A model generated the notes under the pieces. The model was given only the letters and a program-made list of their open reading frames with translations. It ran no database searches and was not told the origin of the DNA. Below are positions 54,848 through 64,000 of a stretch of 64,000 nucleotides of DNA, one piece after another. The position numbers and the translations under genes were made by a program. The stretch is from Octopus vulgaris (lineage: Eukaryota), in the NCBI GenBank assembly GCA_951406725.2, contig OX597814.1:151962001-152026000 (forward strand), read 5' to 3'. The first letter of the stretch is position 1. Every line of letters starts with the position of its first letter.

Positions 54848-55305
54848 CTGCAGTAATAAAAAAGTAAATATATTATAAATATATATATATTGTAGATTTT
54901 GAATTTCTTTTCAAGGAGAATTTAATTTCGTTCTGTTCAATAGACATAATCTTACGACGATGTTTTACAAACACATTTTGCAAATCTTCAGACAATCACA
55001 TTTATACAAAAGTTTCTCACTGCGTTGCTTGTGAGTGAATTTGGTAGATGGAAACTGCGTCGAAACTCATACATACATACTTACATACACACACACATAA
55101 TTTATGAAAGATCGTGGTTTCAATTCGTGAACTGGGTGATGCTTTGTTGAACTTTTTAGATGCTCTGCGAATACTTCGACACTTGACATGTTGGGGCAAA
55201 ATCGATTTGATGGTAGAGTAAGCTAATTTACAACATAAATGTTTGATCACTTAAACACTATAAACAAGAATTGTAGTCCCTCTTTCACGGACTATAACAA
55301 ACTAA

Positions 55306-55418
<113 letters not shown>

Positions 55419-57704
55419 GTGTGTGTGTGTGTATGACATAATGTTCCCGTAACTGAGTGGCTTGGCAAAAAAAACAACTAAGAACGAGACTTATAAAATT
55501 AGTACTGCGACCAAACCCTTCAAGGCATTGTCCACAGTCCAATAAATGATGCAAGTAAAAGAAATTTGTTTGATACCCTAACGATTCTGCGAATCCAATG
55601 CACCTACAATTTATTAGTAATTCTAATTAAGACACAAGGCTAGCAACTAGGAATTTTGAGGGAAGCGAACAAGTCGACTCCATCAGATTCTATCGACCCC
55701 AGTATTTGACTGGTACTTTATTTTATTAGTGCAGAGGGAAAGAAGGTTAAGTTGACCTGAGCGATTTGAACTCAGGCAGTAAATAACCGGAAGAAATATC
55801 GCAAAACATTTTGTCCGACACTTTATTAATTCTTCCAATCCATAGCCCCAACAGTTTATTTATAACAAGAAGAACCAGCACCCCGCCCTGCTTTCGCCTG
55901 CAGCGTGATGCTACTCCTAGTCTTATATATAATAGGTCATGTCCAGAAGTTAGTTGTTCGGTGTTGTTGAACATTTTAATGTGCCTAATTTATTTTACTG
56001 TATCTCAGATTTGTCACTACGCCAATGATAATTGCTCGCACTGATTTCATTTTATTTCTATTTTTATTATTAATCAATTCGTTACTAGTCGATTGTTTGA
56101 TTAATCACTTGGTCAATCAGTCAGCAATGTTTGTCAAAGATATTTTGTCGTCATCCACGATCTCATCAATGACATGCCCTCTCTACTCCATGTCTGTTTC
56201 AGATTTGTCTGAATCTTCGGTCAAATTATTCTTATACATATAAGTGTTTATTTGACGACTTACTTCATTGTTGAAACTCAGGATCAATAAACTAAAGTAC
56301 CAGTCTGGTACTTGATGGCATCGCCTATGTACTCCCCTTAATACTACTGTCCTTGAGCCTATTAGAAATAGTTATGATAAAAGCAGCAGGTTGACAGAGT
56401 TGCTAGAGCGTCACACAACGTACATCGAGCTATTTCTTCTGACTCTATTCTTTTTGAATTCAAATCACCGAAGTCAGCCTTGTCTTTTATCTCTCCGAAT
56501 TCATCAAAATAAAGCATCAGTCAAGTACTGGGGCTTATGCAATCGACTACCTCACCCCCGTGGAGGCGTGTGGCTTAGTGGTATGATATTGGACCCACGG
56601 TCGTAAGATTATGGTTTCTATTCCTGGACTGCGCGATGCGTTGCGTTCTTGGGTAAAACACTTCATTTTACTTCGTTCCAGTCCACTCAGCTGGCAAAAA
56701 TCAGTTATTCTGCGACAGATCGACGTCCCGTCCAGGTGGGGAATGTATACGTCATAACGACCGGGATACAGGCCCTTATGAGTCAGCATGACTCGAGAAG
56801 GTAACTTTACTTTTACCTTTACTATCCCCCCGTCAGAATAACTGGTCTTCTACAAGCAATTATTATTGGAAGCAGTCTCATTCTATCACTCTGTTATGCT
56901 GATGTACATTTTCAGAGTCAGTGATTTGATAACCATGCTCAGTAGTTCTCTATCTTTTTAATTTATTTTGAATTAGCGATGGACTGAAGATGAAGCAAAA
57001 CTTATTGAAACTTATAAGGAATGATAAAAACTGCTGTGGCTTTTTGCATGCAGAGCCTAAAAGAAAAAAGTATTTTCCAGAAAATTTTTTTAGAAAACTA
57101 GCAGAAAACTATCGCTTGTCTTATTTAATTTTACTTGTGCACAATTAAATAAGAAATAGCGTTTTTCAAGACCTTCTCGGTTTAATCTGGATTTTTGGAA
57201 AGTCCATATCAATACGTGAGGGTTACATTTAAAAGTCTATGGCACCTCGTTAGAGAATCACTGACCAAATACCATTCCTTTGGAAAGCTGAGCAACAAAT
57301 TTTTAGTAAATATTATTAGTTTTGACATAAAAGAATAAATTAGAGAGGGAGGGAGAGAGAAGGAGAGGGAGACAGATAGACAGAGACAGGGAGAGGAGAG
57401 AGGGAGAGGGAAGCAGGGAGAAAATGAGAAAAAGGTTATAAAATAAGAAAAAGAGAAAAAGAGAAAAAGTTAGAAGGTAAGCAAGAAAACATTGAGAAAG
57501 AAACTGCATGAAAGACAAAAAAGGAAAGAAGAGAATGAAAGAAAGAAAGGAAGAAGGAAGGAAAGAATGAAAGATGGAGTGCAAGGGAAGGAAGACGGAG
57601 AGAGAGAAGAAGATGGAATGAGAGAGAAGATGGAGAGAGAAAAAGTAAAAGCAGGAGAATAAGAGAGATGCGATTCTAGCAAGAAAAAAAAATCAAATTA
57701 TTAC

Positions 57705-58024
57705 CTTCTAATTTTACCGACATTTGATCTTTGAGTAACCTCGAAAGGTTTTTCGATTTTCATAAATACATAACCTCCCAAAATAGAATAACCTGCCACT
57801 AGACAAGTCAGTCCAATATGAGAGAAAAGGAAAGCAACAAATTTAAGTCCACAGCTTCGGCATTTTTGTCCGAAACCTCTTTTAGGTATCTTTTGTTCTT
57901 CTTTAGATGCTGGTTCTTTCTTACAACAGCAGCCAAAACAGCCGCTCTTCTTACTGTTTCTTGCATTGCTATTATTGCCGGAAACCACAGCTGTGTCTTT
58001 GTTCTCTTGCTGATCGGATCCCAT
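57705..58024 (-). CDS. K2P (KCNK/TWiK-family) potassium channel, coding exon 1 (N-terminus, M1, start of cap)
   Basis: ATG at 58024 in strong context (acatcATGG) with an in-frame TGA upstream. Encodes ...FLFSHIGLTCLVAGYSILGGYVFMKIE, the typical K2P M1 (Y-x-x-x-GG-x-x-F-x-x-x-E). Donor AG|GTAATA at 57705/57704, phase 2. Confidence 0.9.
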
Positions 58025-58980
58025 GATGTGTTCGTCGCATGGAAAAAGGCTATAGTTGCATCAAGTGGAATAAGACTGCTGGAATTTGTTAGGGTTTTCA
58101 ATCTGAAAAATATAGAAAGTTACCATTTTTCACCATGCTTTGACATTATAATGTTAAGAGATCAATATACTTAGAAAGCACTCCGAACATCTTAAATTTT
58201 TTTTTACCTGTAAACAAGGAAAGTGGGGTTTAGAAGTAATACAAAGATGCAAGATCGATAATACGGAGAGATAACATAATCAAAGCAGAAAAGAAAAAAC
58301 ATGCACTGCATCTGTTTTTTATTAATGGTAATTTATTCAAATCGTCCGGCTTAGTGTATTTTCGAATACTGTATTCGACAATAAAAATGAAAAGAAAAGG
58401 GCATTTTATTTCATGAACTTCACAGCGCAAATGGAATATAAAATGGAAAAATGATTTTAATTCACTCCCTAATGTGGTATAATCTTATACATTTCAAGAA
58501 AATAGCAATTGTTAATGCTTAATTGCTTGCTTTCACCCAGACGAATAAAACTTGAAAGATTTATGAAGAAAATTTTATGCGGTCGCTTGACATATCAGAA
58601 GGGGAAGCGAAATTTTCTTTAAAATGCTTAAAAGAGAAGAAAAAAAATGCTTTACTGAATAATGCAGTTGTATATGTAAAATGTCTGAAGAAATAGATAC
58701 TATTGTCACGGATAGACTGTATTGAATAAGGCTGACAAGGTGATAAACAACAAAAACGACAGCAAGAACAAAACGAATAAGAAAAAGAACAATGACAATA
58801 ACAACAACAAAAACAAAAACAACAGCATTAACAACCTGTGTAGTTTCAACCCTCTTTTTAATGGTGTATGTGTTCAATATATCATTTTAAAGAATTCTCA
58901 ATTTTCCAGGAAGAAATTTGTGAAAATGGGGTTAAACCTTCGGAGTATCAATGTTTAAAGTCATATCAGCTCGCATACGA

Positions 58981-59021
<41 letters not shown>

Positions 59022-59267
59022 AAAATAATAATAATCCTTTCTAATAAAGGCACGAGGCCAACAACTTCGAGAGAGAGAGAGAGTAAGTCGATTACATCGA
59101 CTACAGTTTTCAACTGGTATTTATTTTATCGAACTCGAAAGGATAAAAGGCAAATTCGACCTTAGCGGAATTTGGACTCACAACGTAGCGACGGGAGAAG
59201 TATTGCTAAGCATTTCATCAAGCGTGCTAACGATTCTGCCAGCTTGCCAACTATAATAATAATAATG

Positions 59268-59327
<60 letters not shown>

Positions 59328-59331
<4 letters not shown>

Positions 59332-60515
59332 CCACAATTGTACTGGCCAAATATCTCGAAATATCGAATGACTGGATGCTAAAGCTCGTGGAAAAACACG
59401 AGAGACGAAAGAAGCTTCATTCTATCATAAAGGAAAGCAAAAAATTTGCTATTGATCTCGTGCAGGATACCCAAACTGAACAACCCGAGGGAAGTACGGC
59501 AACTATTGTTACAAAGAAGGTGAAAATGATGGCAATGAAGAAAGCGCACGAGCAATTGGCTGATAGGTGGGAGGAGAAACCTCTGCACGGCAAATATGTG
59601 ACCCGCAGCAAACAAGCTGATGTTGACCAGAAGCAAACCCATCAGTGGCTACGGAGCTCAGGGCTAAAAGCAGAGAGCGAAGGTTTCATCCTGGCTGCTC
59701 AAGATCAAAGCCTATTAACCCGGAACTACCAGGCCAATGTGATGAAAAATGGAGCAGACCCAAAATGCCGATTCTGCAACGACATGATTGAAACAGTGGA
59801 CCACCTAATCTCTGGATGTAAAGTCTTAGCACCAGTGGAGTATAAATTAAGACATGACAGAGTTGGCCAATATCTCCACTGGCTAATAAGTCGGCATTAC
59901 AATATCAAAACTGCCGACAAGTGGTATAATCACCACCCTGAGGCTGTAACTGAAGGAGAAAATGTAACCATTCTGTGGGACTTTCCAGTACATACAGACC
60001 GAACCAGCAAGGCCAATAAACCAGATATTGTTGTGAAAGACCAAAACAATAAAGTTTGCTTATTGATCGACATGAGCATCCCCTGTGATCATAATATCTC
60101 AGCGAAAGAGTTTGACAAACTCAGAAAATATAAAGACCTACTCATTGAAATTGAGAAAATGTGGCATCTCAAGGCGGTTACAATACCAGTGATCGTAGGA
60201 GCACTAGGAATGATCAAGAAGGGAACCGAAAATTATATGAGAATGATCCCTGGCTTACCATCCCTGCAAGAAGTGCAAAAGATTGTCTTAACTGGTACAT
60301 CACACGTATTGAGAAGAGCATTGTCGATGTGAGAACTGTTGCTGCTCATGTATTTTAATTTAACTTAAAAAAAAAAAAAAAAAAAATGAACGAACTACTG
60401 AGTTTGGTTTAATGGCCTACCAATGTATACTATGAGTTTATTTGCCCTAGGAGTCGGGAAGATACTCGGCAAGAAATGGAAGCAAATTTGAAAGAAGAAA
60501 AAAAAAAAAAAATAA
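59328..60515 (+). mobile_element. R4/Dong-clade retrotransposon 3' portion (CCHC + restriction-like endonuclease) inserted in (TAA)n
   Basis: Uninterrupted frame to 60332 with KPLHGKY, CRFC..ETVDHLISGC, RHDRV, KPDIV..IDMSIP..KYKDL, PVIVGALG. Short 3' UTR and A-rich end. (AAT)n on both sides. Confidence 0.92.
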
Positions 60516-60517
60516 AA

Positions 60518-60598
<81 letters not shown>

Positions 60599-60606
60599 AA
60601 GAAGAA

Positions 60607-61210
60607 AATGCCCTGATGCAGTAGCAGACAATGCCATGATACAGTACTAGATAAATGCCCCGATGCAGCACCAGACATTGGCTTTCATGGCTTCTGATCT
60701 TAACTGATTGGAAGAGTTATCATGTACATTGTTTTGTCTTGTTATAAAAGATTGGCTACAGCAAATATTCTGCTCAATACCACAGATTTGCTTGTCAGTT
60801 GTTTGACCTTAACCAGTTGACCATGTACCTTAGTGGCTGACGATATGTGCATCTCTGCTCACGAGTAGAAGTAGTGGGGGAGCATCATAGCCATGTGTTG
60901 AAAGGAATTCTTGGAGGTTTGGATAATTCAACTTTGGAAACATAGGTGGTTCGCTCAACATCCTTAAACAATCCTTATTCAGGGACCTTTTGAGTGCGAT
61001 GGACTACCCGACCAGAAGAAAATTCTAACTGGGCCCCATTTGCAAGGTCATGCGCTGTTTATCTTGATATGAGATCACCATGTCGCGCATATATGGTTGT
61101 AATGCATGTGCCTGGTGTACCCTTATCAAACAGGTAGTCATGATGGGTATACTGGGCTTTGTATATTTTACTCCAGTGTCACTTCGATGGCATTCACTGC
61201 TCTCTCACTC
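60607..61210. mobile_element. Probable non-coding interspersed element embedded between (AAT)n/(GAA)n tracts
   Basis: Sharp ~600-bp block of higher GC bounded by triplet microsatellites, with short internal repeats atgcccYgatgcag. No ORF recognised. Confidence 0.4.
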
Positions 61211-61345
61211 AATAATAATAATAATAATAATAATGGTTCAGAAAAAAATATACATACAACAAGAGAATCGACAAAACTGAGACATGGAAGGAGTGCATGA
61301 ACAATGTGTAGAAGACATTAGTGTACCTCCAAACAGAAAGACACT

Positions 61346-61508
61346 AGAAGTGGAATACTTATCCGAATGTTAAACCCTGGTATTATTGAGAAGAGATTGA
61401 AGGCAGTCGCAATCCTTTGAAGTGTTGGTATCATTAAAGAAGTGGAATTATTATCCGAATGTCAAACCCCGGTATTATTGAGAAGAGGTTGAAGGCTGTC
61501 GCAATCTT
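61346..61508. repeat. Tandem duplication, period 92 bp
   Basis: agaagtggaat..ttatccgaatgt.aaaccc.ggtattattgagaagag.ttgaaggc.gtcgcaatc at 61346 and 61438. Confidence 0.9.
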
Positions 61509-64000
61509 CATGATTTAAAAAAGATACAGTGAAATAGAAAAAAATATTACCAAGACAAATGTGCACAGCAAACAGAAAATAACACAACTAGCCACTGTAT
61601 CTATATGATGTAGATGACTACCAATACAGCAGAATACTCAAAACCAAAACAAAACTGTCTGTACTCAAGTTATAAAGAGTTGCATTCAATTGTGCAATGA
61701 AAACACGCAATAAAAATAAGACAATTGAAAAAAAAATAATGATTTATCGGCCCCCAAAGCCGCATGTTTTCATAACATTTTACATAATGCATTACATCAC
61801 TTCTTGTCCAAAGAAGTAATTAAAGTATTCAAAACATTGTATAGAAATTGCAATCAGCAACACTATATGAGATGAAAGTTGCGGTCTTGTTTGTTTTCTG
61901 GTTCAATATGACGTCTAGAGCCAGAATAATTATCGCTGTTATATAGTCACATAAACTGCATTATGATCGATATAAAACGTATTTAATACAATAAGAATTT
62001 GTTAATCAAACATGCCTTTATGTTATGATAAAAACTTATTAAGGAAATAATGAGTTTGATAGTTTTCCCTGGTTAGTTATAACATCAAAATAACACAAAA
62101 TTCAAGCGACAATACAAATCAATTTGCAGATTCATTCGACAAATGAATATTGCAACCTGAATCGCTACTCCACTGAACAGAAGCTTAGCGATTGATCTAT
62201 AGCTACTTACCATTATATAACTAATTATATATGATCACTCGCAAGTAGTGCCATTGCTGAAGACATGTTGTTCGAAGAGCGTTCGAAGTCACTTACTCGA
62301 AGACAGGAAACCTGTATCTATTCAAGATAGCTACATGGCAGATAAGAACACCAAAATATGATGTTCGATATTTGAAACCTGAAAACGATCATAGTATAGA
62401 CCAATTGAAGACCATTACTTATGATAGGTTCATGACAAGGCTATCGAAACACGACCAATAGATATCTGTCGATAAAACACTAATCTCAATTAATTTGAAA
62501 CATAATAATGGTTGATGTGAGTACAAAGACAGTTTTGTGGATAAAAATCTTGCTTTGCAATCAAATAGTTCTTAATTCAATACCATTGCACGGCATTCTG
62601 AGTGCCTTCTACCATAGCTTCAAGATGACCATTGCATTGGATTGACTCAGATCTTGTAAGCAAAATAGATTGTATTTAATCTGTATTTCTTTTATATGGA
62701 ATCTGGACTTGACAAACTGTCGCTGCTCAAGGATGTTAAGCCTAATACTCTGTTTAACACCATTGGGTGTCTTTAGTTAAGTTTACTGTTATAAACATTC
62801 CAGCCAAGCTCCCACTCTTAGAATATGCTATCTGTAATGGTTTCTTCTCCTTTCCTCCATAAGTCTAGGAGGCCCAGAAAATACAATAAAATGTATCCTT
62901 TTCTTTTGATGACATTGTACATAACATACAGAGTACCACTCAATTTGAGAAGTATTTGTAATTCGGTCACACTTAACACTCTACGCAGAACGGTTATATT
63001 TATTCATTGACCATGATACATACTTTTAGCAAGTAAAGCTATGGATTACTGGCAGAGTAAGTATTGCTGAGTATATCGAGATAGTAAATATTTCAAATTT
63101 ACAACAAACTGTGGAATAACAGACGTTTTTAGGAAACTTTTATTTAATAGTTCTGGAGAGGTAAGCGTAATCCAACGCTGGGTTAAAACACTACCAGGAT
63201 TAAGTTTCACTGAATGATCCACTTCTTACGGAAATAACGGGGACAAGTTCCTTCGACAAAATTTCCTGTTCTATGAATGTCTGAACGTTAATCCCTTGAA
63301 GATCAGAACCAAGAAGAATGATCTGTAACATTCTTTTTCTCCCACCACACCAGTAATAATTGCGTCCAATATGAAAAATAACACAAAAATATCTGACATA
63401 TGACATATACATTTATAAATGTAAGCTCTAAACTAAAAATTAACCTATAACGTATCAACGCAATATATTATATAGTTTGATGTACCGCAACCAGGGAAGG
63501 TCAAGACAACTTTGGTTTATTGAAGGTTGATTAAATTAGCCTGGCATTTAGTTGTTGTAACAGAAAATATTTGCTTCTTGCGTCAAAACCTTTTTAATAT
63601 CCATCCTTTATGTCACTTAATTAATATTGAACATAAAATACAGAATGTGATGAAACCAGGAAACATTATTTCCTTACATAGGCACAAGACTAAACATGTA
63701 TATTTAAGGGTAATGTTATGTTCGAACATTTACTGGAGGCAATCTTTCAAATTAAGGGAATATAGCTGTCATTTGCACTTATTGGCATCCCCCAAAGGCA
63801 CTAGAATATAATATTTATCAGCTAAAAACTATCAATAAAGGAAATAAACCAAGCAAGCATTTTTAACTTCCTATAGATATTGATCATTTGAACACGCTTA
63901 TGTTTCGATCAAAGCTGCTTATATGCTTAGATGTTTTACATTTATAAACATCAAAGCTTATTCTAAAATAAATATTTATTGCCCAAGGTGTTGTATAGAA

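Noticed and set aside
59172-59327. N-terminal extension of the 386-aa ORF (MDSQ...poly-I)
   Set aside because: Read-through of an antisense SINE and (ATA)n into a 5'-truncated retrotransposon, not a real N-terminus.
60836-60875. CTGACGA in the 60.6-61.2 kb block as a hammerhead
   Set aside because: No GAAA or stems at suitable spacing.
63200-63412. Possible upstream exon on the minus strand
   Set aside because: Weak polypyrimidine tract, no recognisable protein similarity, and no link to the channel exons.

Overview
This is AT-rich, microsatellite-dense animal DNA, not prokaryotic. The SINE repertoire and (TA)n/(TATG)n load resemble octopus/coleoid genomes (inference). Most ORFs in the supplied track are microsatellite or repeat artefacts. 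There is one host gene: a minus-strand two-pore-domain (K2P/KCNK/TWiK-family) potassium channel with three coding exons (58024-57705, 54847-54621, 43745-43066; 408 aa), assembled by hand from GT-AG sites with matching phases. The rest is transposon-derived: tRNA-headed SINEs, mariner/maT/Chapaev3 DNA transposon relics, MITEs, a Helentron-like element, and R4/Dong, RTE-like, CR1/L2-like and Penelope-like (PLE) retroelements. The most interesting signal is a hammerhead-ribozyme/Penelope system. A young 562-bp non-coding unit is repeated about 3.8 times as two divergent tandem arrays (36936-39062), and each unit carries a type I hammerhead-like motif with a palindromic stem III, as in retrozymes. 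Three further hammerhead-like motifs occur elsewhere, and two other loci share the same inverted 'tail-out' architecture. Also notable are a 5'-inverted LINE with a target-site duplication and a hairpin-packed ORF1-like fragment in the channel intron. Repeat boundaries were read by eye and are approximate unless stated as exact.
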